DNA of 62,975 bases, filler included, from Octopus bimaculoides (taxonomy: Eukaryota): assembly GCF_001194135.2 (NCBI RefSeq). It is 6 parts of 6 records of this genome, joined end to end, with 100 filler letters (N's around TTAATTAATTAA, not from the genome) between each part and the next. Parts side by side here need not be neighbours in the genome. Positions count along the whole stretch, not along the records: positions 1 to 22,961 come from NC_068982.1; 5 more parts are not named here. One strand, 5' to 3'. Shown here piece by piece: positions 1 through 12,445 of this stretch (the stretch's first letter is position 1; each line of letters starts with the position of its first letter). Both the position numbers and the translations under genes were made by a program. The notes below the pieces were generated by a model. It ran no database searches. It was not told where the DNA came from and saw nothing but the letters and a program-made list of their open reading frames with translations.

Positions 1-247
1 ATATATATATATATATACATACAAAATATGGAGGTTTAGTTCACAGGTGATCTAAACGATTAGGTACACTAGGTAAGTGCTGTAACGGATTACTACGGCT
101 CCAAGGTTATAGCCGAGACGGTAGTTATAGAGCCATTGCAGTTTTCCGATATAGCAGATATATAATTGTTCAAGAGGACAACAAACGTTAAGGCAAGGCA
201 AACATCTCAAGTCATATACATTATTATTATTAGAAACAAAATTCAAA

Positions 248-303
248 GTCTTACAGATGTTTCTGGGATATCCCAGAGTATGAGGTATTCTGTCATCGGA
301 GAC
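248..303 (-). ncRNA. Minimal type I HHR-like motif (stem II decayed)
   Basis: Minus strand reads GTCT-CCGATGA-C...A-GAAAC-ATCT-GTA-AGAC. Stem I is GTCT/AGAC and the cleavage triplet is GTA. Confidence 0.5.
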
Positions 304-552
304 AAATAGGGAAAATGAGAAGAGTATAGATTAATAAAATGACGACATAGAGGACATGAGTAAAGGTATAAGGAAATGAAGAAAGAGAAAACAAAAGAAG
401 CATGAAAATTCACAGTTCAACTTTGCGATCTTGTAGAAATAAGTCCATAAGTAATCCTGCCTAAATCCATATGGGTTAAAGTCCTGATATTGTAAACATC
501 CAGAAAAAAGATGTGAACATGTCATTTCATTAATCTATACCCTTCTAATTTT

Positions 553-604
553 CCGATGACGGAATATCCCATACTCTGGGATATCCGAGAAACAACTTTA
601 AGAC
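553..604 (+). ncRNA. Minimal HHR-like motif (stem I 5' strand lost)
   Basis: CCGATGA-C-GG(A)ATATCCCA-tactc-TGGGATATCC-GA-GAAAC-AACT-TTA-AGAC. Stem II is about 10 bp. Confidence 0.45.
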
Positions 605-687
605 TTTGAACTTTTTTTAAAATAATAATAATATATATGACTTGAGATGTTTGTCTTACCTTAAAGTTTGTTGTCCTCTTTAACAAT

Positions 688-688
<1 letters not shown>

Positions 689-784
<96 letters not shown>

Positions 785-792
785 ATATATAT
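689..792. repeat. Compound (GT)n(GA)n(GT)n(AT)n microsatellite
   Basis: Read directly from sequence. Confidence 0.95.
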
Positions 793-1049
793 ATAAATAC
801 GAAAGAAGGAAAGAGAATGAATGCGCGCGCATTTTGAACATTCACAGTGGGTGAATAAAGGAGAGAAAATATCGCTCAATACACTTAATATTTCTTATAT
901 AAAAAAAAAACTTCTTTTAAATTCTCACCATTCTGATTTCGTAAGACCTGATATTGTGGACTTGTTCTGTGTCCACGAAGCTTTAAGGAATGTTGGACTG
1001 AGTCAACCAATCATTAAGTATGCGTGTATGTAAACACACACACATTTTA

Positions 1050-1072
1050 AACAGACAGACAGACAGACAGAC

Positions 1073-1134
<62 letters not shown>

Positions 1135-1135
1135 A
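1050..1135. repeat. (AGAC)n(AGAT)n tetranucleotide repeat
   Basis: Read directly from sequence. Confidence 0.95.
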
Positions 1136-1397
1136 TAGGTAATTTACATCTGACTCTTCTGGTCCCTTGTCAAGAGAATTCATTGATAAGTTTACAGAAA
1201 CCTACTTGCTCCCTCTCAACTACAATTACTATCTGTTTCACTTCCAATATAGTGTAAATCTTCAACTCACTCTCCTCACACTACAACTAAGTTTATGACT
1301 ACCAAATTTTGTATGCATGCATATATGTATGTATAATCGACATTTACAGGATACGCACACACTCGCAACAGCGCGTATGTATGTACGCACGCATGCA

Positions 1398-1461
1398 TAC
1401 TGGATACATTTACTGGATACATTTACTGGATACATTTACTGGATGCATACATTTACTGGAT
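1398..1461. repeat. 13-bp tandem repeat ACTGGATACATTT, about 4-5 copies
   Basis: Read directly; no spacers between units. Confidence 0.85.
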
Positions 1462-1481
1462 GATCATGCTGTTTCATTATA

Positions 1482-2580
1482 CTGGGTTGGCAACTAAGTT
1501 CCCGCTGTTTTATTAAATTTAAACTTTTTAAAAGGTTTGAATTTTAAAAAATGATAACTAATTAATCAATAATGTTTTCACCCTTGTTGTTTACAACTTC
1601 TTCTCAACGTTCAACAAGATTTTCAATACCTCGTTGGTAGAAATCACTCGATTTCGACTCGAAAAATTGATCCAACCAAGCTCTCAATTCTGCATCAGTG
1701 TTGAACGAAACTCCGCGCATAGCATTTGAAAGAGATCGAAAGTGGTGNNNNNNNNNNNNNNNNNNNNNNNNNNNNNNNNNNNNNNNNNNNNNNNNNNNNN
1801 NNNNNNNNNNNNNNNNNNNNNNNNNNNNNNNNNNNNNNNNNNNNNNNNNNNNNNNNNNNNNNNNNNNNNNNNNNNNNNNNNNNNNNNNNNNNNNNNNNNN
1901 NNNNNNNNNNNNNNNNNNNNNNNNNNNNNNNNNNNNNNNNNNNNNNNNNNNNNNNNNNNNNNNNNNNNNNNNNNNNNNNNNNNNNNNNNNNNNNNNNNNN
2001 NNNNNNNNNNNNNNNNNNNNNNNNNNNNNNNNNNNNNNNNNNNNNNNNNNNNNNNNNNNNNNNNNNNNNNNNNNNNNNNNNNNNNNNNNNNNNNNNNNNN
2101 NNNNNNNNNNNNNNNNNNNNNNNNNNNNNNNNNNNNNNNNNNNNNNNNNNNNNNNNNNNNNNNNNNNNNNNNNNNNNNNNNNNNNNNNNNNNNNNNNNNN
2201 NNNNNNNNNNNNNNNNNNNNNNNNTTTTTGTTGTTGTCACTTAAAGCATGCGGGACCCTTGCTCCATACTTCTGAACTTTTCCCATCGAGTGAAGATGCT
2301 TCTCTATAGCAGTGTGGGACCATTCCATTTTCTCTGCCAGTTCCCTTGTCGTTTAATGAGAAAAGGAAAAAGCATTCTGTTTTATTGAATTTCGATTCGA
2401 GACAAAATTTTAAATTCAGTTTTTCAATTTTTTTTCTTTTAATCCAATATTCTTGTTTGCATTCATTTTACGAAAATATACTTGTTTTGTCCAAACATTA
2501 AAAACTAGTTAAACTGATATTTTCATGCCAGGTTAAAACGCAGCAATGACAACTCATAGCAATGTCAAATGGCATAAAAA
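1482..2580 (-). mobile_element. Defective mariner transposon, gap inside
   Basis: TA followed by the TIR-like CTGGGTTGGCAACTAAGT. Minus-strand GKVQKYGARVPHAL matches the WVPHxL motif. The C-terminus HFRSLSN...FFESKSSDFYQRGIENLVER*EEVVNNKGENIID has a W-to-stop change. The far TIR was not found. Confidence 0.85.
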
Positions 2581-3889
2581 TATATTGAACTAAAAACTGC
2601 AAAATATTGAATGTATATTGAAGTAAACATTGCAAAAAAATAGTTTTTGTGCATGTATTTTATTGTTTCTTTGCTTAATTTTTTCGAAACTTATTTTCAA
2701 CTTACTTTATTTACTTCAAGAAGAATCATCCCACACATCAAATTGTCAAAATTAATAAAACTCTCTCTTTATATTTAGTGTTTAAAAAAAACACATTTGA
2801 AATCTCACATATTTATGATAAAATAATTTCTATAAAATATTATGGAAACCTTCTTAATCAATACACTGAAAAATACTGGTATTTTGCGCAATGAGAAACA
2901 CCGATCTAGTTTGTAAAGAACGAGTGTAAATGATTGACCTTCCTCTAATATATTATGGATCTTTCTCTTATATTCATACCAGTAGCTCAACCCCGAGCCT
3001 ACGAATGAGGTTCTACATGATTTCTTGATCAACAATGGAACAGCAGTTAAATCTCCTTCAAATTACAAGCTACCATTAAATACTATAATCCTAGATACCC
3101 TAAAAAAGGCGGTGTGATCATGATTGTAATGATTTTCATTACAAATTTATTCAGTCAGAGAAACAATAACAAAGTTGGTCATTTTACTATAAGCTCTCAG
3201 TTTTAAACTTCAATAAGCATCCTAGTCTCTCCTACTGACCTCTACTTCAAAATGAAGTAGAAAGAATCTAGCAGTCGGACTTAGGTAGGACTTTTCTCTA
3301 ATTTAAACGAAAATGAGTTAAGAGAAACAACTTAGAGCGGTCGTTACTTTGAATTTAAACAACATATACGAATACAGGCATATTAAATACCATACAAGAT
3401 AAATTCTTGATTGTTTTTAAAGATTATCTCTGCTCCTAAAGGATCTATCATAATTACCAAATGGCAATTCTCAACTTGAGAAGGGGCGATAATCTCAAGA
3501 TTTAAAAAGTTGAGAAGCCATTAAAGAAAAGAACGGGCTCATTTTCTGAAGATAAAAGGAAAGATGTGGACGCGTCTTTCTGGCTCACTAACCGTCATCA
3601 CCATACCATTTGTTCAGCCATAAATGTGCTCTGCTCCTTTTTGTATAAGTCTAAGGACTTTGGCTATAGGAGATAAGGTCTGTTTGAAATTGGATAAATT
3701 AAAATAAGGCAGACAATCTCAAAATGATTATTCGAAATTCTGTGGTTATGCCATTGAATAGAAGCAGTTACAAATGGCAACGCAGTTTTGAAAGTGAAAT
3801 TATATGATTTCAGTACTGAAGACTAAATGCGTGGAACGCGAATTTACTTATAGTGATAATCAACTATTATTATTATATTTATGATTAAA

Positions 3890-4050
3890 GCGGTGAGGTG
3901 GTAGAATCGTCAGGTGGTAGAATCGTCAGGTGGTAGAATCGTCAGGTGGTAGAATCGTGGCATATCGTCCGTCTTACGTTCTGAGTTCAAATCCCGCCAA
4001 CGTCGACTTGCCTTTCATCCTTTCGAGATTTATAAAACAGGTATTGTATC
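3890..4050 (+). mobile_element. SINE family C (GGCGGCGAGCTGGCAGAA head) with a 16-bp head segment amplified four times
   Basis: AGGTGGTAGAATCGTC x4 (3896-3958), then CGTTCTGAGTTCAAATCCCGCC...TTGCCTTTCATCCTTTCG, which is shared with the copy at 25288-25440. Confidence 0.75.
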
Positions 4051-4054
4051 GGCC

Positions 4055-4175
4055 CCAAAAGAATGAAAGGTGAAGTAGGCCACGGCGGAATTTGAACTCA
4101 CAACGTAAAGACAGACGAAATGTCGCTAGACATTTTACCCAGTGCGCTAACGACCCTACCAGCGCGCTGCCCTAA
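4055..4175 (-). mobile_element. SINE family C, reverse copy tail-to-tail with the previous copy
   Basis: GGCGGAATTTGAACTCACAACGTAAAGACAGACGAAA is the reverse complement of the family body. A further reverse fragment lies at ~4215-4290. Confidence 0.75.
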
Positions 4176-4419
4176 GCAGGCATTTCAGCAATTTCGGGAA
4201 AAAGGGTACGCTACTATATCGATCCCAGTGCTTAACTGGTACTTCTTTTATTGACCCCAAAAGGTTGAAAGGCAAAGTCAACTCGGCAGAAAATTCGGAT
4301 ATTAATATTCATGTATATATATTGAATTAACGTGTACGCAAACAAACAAGCGCGCCTACTCACACACTCACCTACATACACACGCACATATATATATATA
4401 TGTGTGTGTATATATATAT

Positions 4420-4605
4420 NNNNNNNNNNTTTTTTTTATTCTCTTTCTGGTTATTTTCTCTGATTCTTTTCTTTTGAAGAGCGTAGGCTCGAAACGTAAA
4501 AGACTTTTTCACTTTCCCGAGCGCCAAACTAATACACCTGCTTGTTGTTCATATACCTGTCTTCGTCTTTTGTTTTTCTGTAAATTTCTGTAAATTTAAA
4601 CTATA
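4420..4605 (+). mobile_element. PLE-like terminal repeat remnant with truncated HHR core
   Basis: TCTTT-TGAA-GAGC-gtag-GCTC-GAAAC-GTA-AAAGA. The flanking sequence resembles 24800-24960. Confidence 0.5.
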
Positions 4606-6634
4606 TATATATATATATATTAGGGGAGTTTATGTAAGGGTACAAGAAATAATTATATGTCGCAGTAGATGTTCGATGCAATGGAAAATAATGTGCATAT
4701 GAACATTAGTGATTAGTTCGGATTGTTATAAGGAGCCGTGTTCGAAGTTGAGTTTGCCTTTCATCGAATTAATAAAGTCCCAGTACAAGGGTCGATGTAA
4801 TCGGCTAAGCTCCTCCCCGTAAAATTACTGGCTTTACGCCAAAATTTAAAACTATTTATTTGCTGTTATAATTATGTTTATCAGTTTTGGGGAGGTTTAT
4901 TCTAATTGTAAGACTGCTATTTTAATATCCGGGTGTTTATGAAAGGGGTGATAGGTGTCAATGTAAATAGTAGGTGCGGTTTAGATTATAATTATGTGGA
5001 GTGATTATGTAGTGAAAACGTTTTGGAGCGAAAGGTATATTTTAACATGAGCGATGAACATAATGTAGTTATAGGCGTTATATAAACAAGTGCAATTTGG
5101 TGTACTAATTGAGCTTAAGTTGAAATTAGAATGTGGAAAGAACTGAGTGCCAGAAAAAACGTTATATTGGCAATATAGTCAAGTATTACTAATGTCTAAA
5201 TAGTCGGATACAATTAAAACACATTATTAGGGTATATTATGATTGGAAAGATCTGTATAATTATAACTAGTAAGAAAGGTGAAACAGAATAAAACGATGG
5301 AGAAAATATTTAAACATATATAATGAATAAGTGAAAAATACATAATGCAGAAACAGTAATGAAAACATATTTGGGTTTTAGGAACTGTGAAAACAAAAAT
5401 AAATTTTTGTCAAATAAATATAAAACTGAAGAATATATATAATAAATTTTTAAAGAATAATTATATAATGATTCAGTAAATGGTAAATTTACTCTTCTTG
5501 CAAGCAAGCCTTTATACTGCATTCACATAAGTCTATTTTCAAGACCTTTCTATGCTTTCTAATTATTCCTTTTAATTAAAATTTTTGCTTATCAATTTGA
5601 GATTTTTAACCTATTCAATTTCACATTGAGAGAGCTGTTGCAACCATCTCTACATTAGACATCTGGTGTCCATCAGTTCTTCACTTGGTTCATTCCATTT
5701 TTGCTTGTATTCAATTTCTAAATTACCACTAAATGTTTAGTTTTCTACATATCAATGCTTATCTTCACATGTTTTTATATTTATCATTCAGTAGACCCTT
5801 AAAATGCGATGGGAAACTCTAAATCTATAATGACTAACAAGCGTTGATTATTATAATTACATCTTTAATTTCCTTAATAGTTTGCGCGTTTATCTTTTCT
5901 AACATTAAACTATTTTCTAAACATTTTCTCATTAGCGTTTATTTTTAGTTAGGTAACACTTTTAATTAAGTTATACACACGATCTTTCGAACAATTCCTA
6001 CAGAAGACCTAATTGTGCGCATTTTTGCGTATTTCCTGCTATGAATTTATCTCTAATCTCTCCCATACTTCTAATGTGTGAATTGCGTGTGTGAGTACGT
6101 GTGTGTGTACGTGCGTGTATGTATGCGTGCATGCATGCGTTTGTGTGTGTACGTGTGTGTGTATGCGCGAGCGTATTTTAGGTTTTTAAACAGTACTTTC
6201 AAAATCTTAATGATAAAATATTTGTACCTGAAACAGTACAGTGCAAGAGTATAAACCACACAGTCATTGGTTAAAATAGTGTCCGTAAGCTTCAGCCTAT
6301 CGGAGGGTATTTAAAAGTATTTAAAATTATTTCAAGGAAAAATTAAGTCATTCTACAACTGTTACCAAGTGTGAAGCACATTAACAGATTGTGAATGCTA
6401 CTACATAAACATTTACCTGAAAATTATAAATATTGTAAATTATAGTATTGTAAAATTGTAAAAATTCAAAATTAGAATGTGAAAATCGAAGTATGTTGGA
6501 ATTTCATTGACTAATATATTAATATAAATGTGAGAGCATATGTGTGTGTGTATTATATNNNNNNNNNNNNNNNNNNNNNNNNNNNNNNNNNNNNNNNNNN
6601 NNNNNNNNNNNNNATATATATACATGCATACATA

Positions 6635-7029
6635 CAGGAGTAGCTGTGTGGTAAGAAGCTTTCTCCCAAACCACATGGTTCCGGGTTCAATCCCACTGCG
6701 TGGCACCTTGAGCAAGCGTCTTCTACTATAGCGTCGGGCTGACCAAAGCCTTGTGAGTGGATTTGGTAGACAGAAATTAACAGAAGCTTGTCGTATAAAT
6801 ATACATATACACGTATCTGTGTGTCTGTGTTTGTACTCCCACTATCGCTTAATAACCGATGTTGGTGTGTTTACGTCCCCGTAACCTAGCAGTTCGCCAA
6901 AACAGACCGATAGAATAAGTACTAGGCTTACAAGGAATAAATCTTGGGGTCGATTTGTTCGACTAAAGGCGGTGCTCCAGTATGGCCGCAGTCAAATGAC
7001 TGAAACAAGTAAAAGAAAAACTAAAAGAA
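6635..7029 (+). mobile_element. SINE family A (tRNA-like head, full body and tail)
   Basis: Box A-like TAGCTGTGTGG and box B GGTTCAATCC. Body and GGCGGTGCTCCAG...GAAACAAGTAAAAG tail recur at 13126, 28546, 42500 and 59325. Confidence 0.85.
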
Positions 7030-7059
7030 CATATATATATACATATATATATAAACATA

Positions 7060-7735
7060 TGAGGGGGTACCCAAAAGTAACCGGAATTTTGCAATATTAT
7101 TTTACTCACTTAGTTTTTCATATTTATACTGTTATCGCCTTCAAAGTATCCTTCATTTGAAGCAGTGCATCGGTCCAGACCCGTTTTCCACTGTTTGAAG
7201 CAGTGCTGGAACTCTTGCGAAGTAACGCCTTTTAACTCCTCCGTCATTTTTTTTCTTCACCTCTCCCACATCTGCAAATTCTATAACAGCAAATTCCATA
7301 ACACCAGCTTTCATCACCAGCAACGACCTTCGAAAAAAGGTCCGGATCAATTTCCAACTGTTCTGTCAGTTCACGACACGCATTCAGCCATGACTGCTTT
7401 TGATCTTCCGTGAGCAAGCGAGGTACAAATTTTGCTGCAACTCTTTTTATTCGCAATTCCTCGCTCAAAATTCGTTGCAGCAGCTTCAGGGCACACCAAT
7501 CATATCAACAAGTTTGTCAGTTGTTCAGTGACGGTCCTCGAAGATCAGTTCATGAATTTTTTCAAGATGTTTTCATTCGTTCTGGGGGGGNNNNNNNNNN
7601 NNNNNNNNNNNNNNNNNNNNNNNNNNNNNNNNTGGGGGGGGGGGGGTCGACGGTCACCCTGAACGAAGTTGGTCCTCAAGCGACAAGTGACCATTTCTAA
7701 AGCGTGAAAACCACTCGTGAACTTGTGCCCATAAA
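7060..7735 (-). mobile_element. Internally deleted mariner transposon
   Basis: TA followed by the TIR-like TGAGGGGGTACCCAAAAGTAACCGGAA. Minus-strand RFRNG..LEDQLRSG*PS, AAKFVPRLLTEDQK and GDESWCYG are joined directly to FADVGEVK...GYFEGD. Confidence 0.85.
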
Positions 7736-10491
7736 CAGTGCTCCAGTTAGTTTATGTGTGCTAACAATGTTGCAGCTGTTGTTCAGATCTTCCAGATGAC
7801 AACAAAATAAATGATGTATTGAGTTGTACCAGAAGTCGCAACTCGATGTTTCATACATTATTTTCATTGTACATGCTATTTTCGTTGTATTTGTGATAGA
7901 CTCCCTTGATGAGTCTACGGAACAACCTACATAATCAGTTTTGACTACTTTTCACCGTTTTGCGTAGATATTTCTATAAGTTGGAGAAAATAACTTTATT
8001 GTAATTTGTTCCCTTGTTTTTCATAATTAGTAATTATTTTAGTCGATAAATAATACAGTTTCCTTTATTATGCTAAATAAACCAAACGTGGCTAAACATC
8101 ATAACCAAAATATTTCAAATCAAGTAATGTAGAATTGCGAACGACTTTTTTCAAGTCTCATTGATCAATTTTGATCAAGATCAATTCAAACATTCAAAAT
8201 GATATTAATAAAGGTAATAATGAAACGTTGACAGGATTGTTTTTTACACAATAGATAAAAAATATTCGAATGCATTTGTTTTTATGCAAAGCTACTGTAG
8301 TTCTCATCTTAATCAATGTTGATATATATGCAAACGAAGAAAGGAATACGTTTCTGCTTTGATTTTATCCGAACTTCCATTTACATCTGCTCATATTTTT
8401 ACACTTTACCATAAAAAATAACAATTTTTCCGTTATTCTGATAATTTTCGATCCATCTTTTCTCACTTACTTGTCAACTAAATCAACTCAATTACTTTTA
8501 TATATTTCTTGTGAAATCAACGTATCTGAAGCTGTAGAGATAGTTTTCTCTGATAATCAAAAACCGCGGATCAATATTGTGTTATAAGATAAGAGGTTTG
8601 TGTAGATAAATGTAGAAATAGTTTATATAATTCTGAACGGAAAAGAAATCAAATGAAATTTTATATAAAATGGTAAAAAAAAAATATTATTAGTTGAGCA
8701 CAAAGAAAAAAGAATTACTTGTTGGATTTAAAAAATTCCATTCGTTTATACATTTCTTATTCAATTAGTTTTGACAGTTTACTTATTCAATTAGTTTTGA
8801 CAGATTAATTTCTTCTAATTATTTATATTTTTATGTTTTATCTAATTGATAGCGGTTTCTTAATTCCATATAAATTTACATCAACTCTTTCCAAACACAT
8901 GTACATATGTATGTCTAAATCTAGAGACACATAGACATTCTGAAGTTTCAGGAGTATAGCTGTTTGAAGTTGGTCATCGACACAAAATATTTTTTATTAA
9001 AAATCTTTCTAAACTATGGTTGTTAGAAACGAACCTATTTCTGAATTGTAAAATATACTGCTTTTAAAGTAAGCATTCGCCGTGAAAACTAAACACAGGG
9101 GCTATACTCCATGCCTTAAACCGAGCACCGAAAATCTAAGATCGATCTTGTTAGTTTCTAGTCTTCTTAAAATATTCATCATCGTTCAGTAAAGAAATAT
9201 CTAATTTCGATGAAGACATTAGAATCTTATAGATATTTATAGTGCTTATAAACCAGACTCAGATCAATGTCTAATTTATATAACAGTGCATGTGCTGACA
9301 ACGAGAGTTAATTCATTCATTCGCAGTGCTCTACATAGCGTTTTTAATCACTTGAAATATAAGATATTCTTTTTTAATAAGCATACAAATTTGACCTTGA
9401 AAAGAAAAGAAAGTGGTTATACCGTAGATTTTTATTACTCGTTGGTAGAAAAAAATGACGAATGTCTACTCAAAAGATTTCCTTGGGTAAGTCTGACCAT
9501 GTATCTACACCTGGAAAGTCTTCCTCCATGGTATAGGCTGGCGTGAAGGTTGGGTGTTTCTTTTCATCATTCAACAGCAGTTAACATGTTTCAAGCCTCT
9601 TCATTCCACACCACCAATGAGAAAGACAATGAATGACAGAGCTTGGCATCAGTGTCGTTGGGTATGAAATCAGAATGTAAAAGAGCAGAAATAAATATCA
9701 CAACAGATCAAAGTTGTTCTGGTATTTCATTCTGGCTTATTTTAGCAGAATCAATAGGACGCCAAACGAAACATCTTGTGGTATTTGATCGTTAAAATAA
9801 GTATCGGTCGATGTAGTCGATTAAACCCTACAAGAAGGTTTGCACCAGCATAGCCACATTCCAAGGCCTGATACCTGTAAAAAGAATAAAGAATAATGTA
9901 TCTTGGTGAACATTATCTTATTCTGATTTGATACACTTGTAAAGTGTATCCTCGTCTAAGTTCAAGTAGTAATCCAACCAGCCAGTCCCTCGTTCACATC
10001 CTTTTTAAAACGATATAATTTTAGGTTGATATTTTGCTAGCAAGTGTGGTGACCACATATATGTTCTCTTGATGGTTTGTTAATATACTTTTATTTCAGT
10101 TTCTGTGAAACTATTTATGATGAATAATGCCTATTAATGATGATGGCAGGAGCAGCTGTGACACTTGTGTTGATTATGTAATAACTTGTGTTGATGATGT
10201 AAAATCAAAATAACAAGAGATCTTTATCTCTGAGTTTCTATTTTAATATAACGCCGAAGTGGAGTAAAGTAAGTTATTGTTTCACAACAGGCAATAACTA
10301 CCTCTGACGTATTCCAAAGAAAGGTCTCTAATATTATACTATAATCTTTGTTATAGCGTTATCTAGTCAATGCGTTTGTGAGCCAATAGTTGGCTTCCGA
10401 AACACAGGCTCTATTAGATTACATTATGTTAATAATATGGATGAACGACTCTATGTGTGTGTGTGTGTGTGTGTATGTATGNNNNNNNNNN

Positions 10492-10556
<65 letters not shown>

Positions 10557-11150
10557 ATAACGTAATAGAATAGGGATTTGAATCCGGGCAGCTACTTTAC
10601 AAATACTCTGGCTAACCACATCGAATGATAAGGAACAACAGAAAATTGATTAAGGTAAACAATTTCGCAGTATTTCACCGGATAGTTAAATCCTGAGATC
10701 GCTTCTTTGGATTTTATATAGTATACAGGATGTATATTCAAGACTTTACAAAATACCTTCAAAGGCTTGTTTATTACAGCATTGTGTACAATATGTTCAA
10801 TTTAAATCTCTTTTAAGATTTAAAGTGAATATATTGAACGTAATGCTGTAATATACAAGCTCTTGAAGACATATAATTCTCCATTCGTATTTTTTAAAGT
10901 CTTAGATATATATTTATATAGATAGATAGATAGATAGATATACACAAACACACACACACATATATATACATATATGTATGTATGTGTGTGTGACAGCACA
11001 TGATCCAGTGATTAGGATGTTGTACTCACGACTTCAAGGTCATGGTTTCAATTCTGGAATCGAGCCGTGTGTTGTGGTCTTGAGCAAAACACTTTATTTC
11101 AGACTGCTCTGCGATCATTTCGACATCTGACATGTAGTATGCTGTGCACC

Positions 11151-11188
<38 letters not shown>

Positions 11189-11525
11189 NNNNNNNNNNNN
11201 NNNNNNNNNNNNNNNNNNNNNNNNNNNNNNNNNNNNNNNNNNNNNNNNNNNNNNNNNNNNNNNNNNNNNNNNNNNNNNNNNNNNNNNNNNNNNNNNNNNN
11301 NNNTGTATGTATGTATGTATATATGTATGTGTATTTATAGACATAAATACAAATATATATATATACATATATACAAATATATATTTATATATGTGTGTAT
11401 GTATGTATGTACGTCTATATATATACATACGTGTGTGTGTGTTTGCGCGCGCGCAGTTTTTGCTTTGAGTCCAGTTGATCTTCACTCATGCTCAGGCTCC
11501 AATATTTTCTTATCGGTGTATGGTC

Positions 11526-11813
11526 AAGGCGCTCGGTTTAGTGGCTAGAGCATTCAGCTCATGAATCTAAGGTCTCGAATTCGATTTCCGGCGGCGCTTG
11601 TGTCCTTGAGCAAATCACTATATTTTATGCTGCTCCAGTCCATTCAGCTGATAAAAATGAGTTGTACCTGTAATCCAAAGTTATCACATTCTGTGTCACG
11701 CTGGATCCTCCTGAGAACTACGTTAAGGGTACGCATGTCTGTGGAGTGCTCAACCACTTTCACGGAGCAGGCTGTTTCGCTGATTGGAAGCATTCATCGT
11801 CGTAACTGACGGA
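11526..11813 (+). mobile_element. SINE family B (tRNA-like head, GTCCTTGAGCAA central domain)
   Basis: Head GGCGCTCGGTTTAGTGGCTAGAGC...GAATTCGATTTCC. The tail GAGAACTACGTTAAGGGTAC is shared with 32055 and 39743. A decayed head lies at ~11010-11130. Confidence 0.75.
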
Positions 11814-12445
11814 TTGTCATTTATCGTCGCAAGACAATCAATTGAAAGTTTTTTTCTGTTTTTACTAATGCTAGGTGTCCTACCGCTGTGGCCGCTGGTA
11901 TTGATGATCAAGAAATTGCTTCAGTTTTTCCATGCTAACCCTAGAGTTGACAACCGGTAGTGCTTAAAACAGTAGCTTTAATCTGTCTTCCCTTCGTCTG
12001 GACATCGGTAACAGTTGTATTTCTTTCTGCTGTCTACTGCTACTGTGTTCGTACACTTTTTTTCTTTTATACCTCCTTTTTGCAAACTACAACTTGAAAA
12101 TAAAATGGAAGTTTATACAGAAAAAGAGAGGATACTAACCCCTAACAGAGTTCCAACGCCACCACCACCACCACCACCACCCCTAAAGCTAATATAGACA
12201 GAATATACACCGCACTGGGAGAGTGAGAGGTTTGACACAAATAGAAAACTACTCCGAAATAGTAAAACTGAAACTACAAAAATACTTAGTGGCAAGCAAT
12301 GGAAGCTGATAAGGAAATATATATTTTTTTAATGTAATCTTTATATCCAACTTAATGTGAATGTCTTGTCAGAATACCGAATGCTGCGTTATTAGTCTTG
12401 AAAGATCCTCTCATATAGACGCTTACTGCATAAAAGCGCACACAT

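Larger units (their letters stand above)
164..688. mobile_element. Inverted pair of PLE-like terminal repeats, each arm carrying an HHR-like motif
   Basis: Arm 164-348 is the reverse complement of arm 519-688 (roughly 85-90% identical by eye, one ~11-nt indel), with a 170-bp spacer. The arms read outward and each contains CCGATGA...GAAAC...(G/T)TA-AGAC. Confidence 0.6.

Noticed and set aside
3896-3958. 16-bp and 13-bp (1398-1461) tandem repeats as CRISPR
   Set aside because: No spacers, no cas genes and a eukaryotic context.
4860-5300. G/T-skewed stretch as a mitochondrial insertion
   Set aside because: No open frame or recognisable mitochondrial protein or RNA motif in the frames I translated.
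9449-9486. 38-nt exon candidate ending in GTAAGT (VYSKDFLG)
   Set aside because: Weak acceptor, length not a multiple of 3 and no supporting neighbours.
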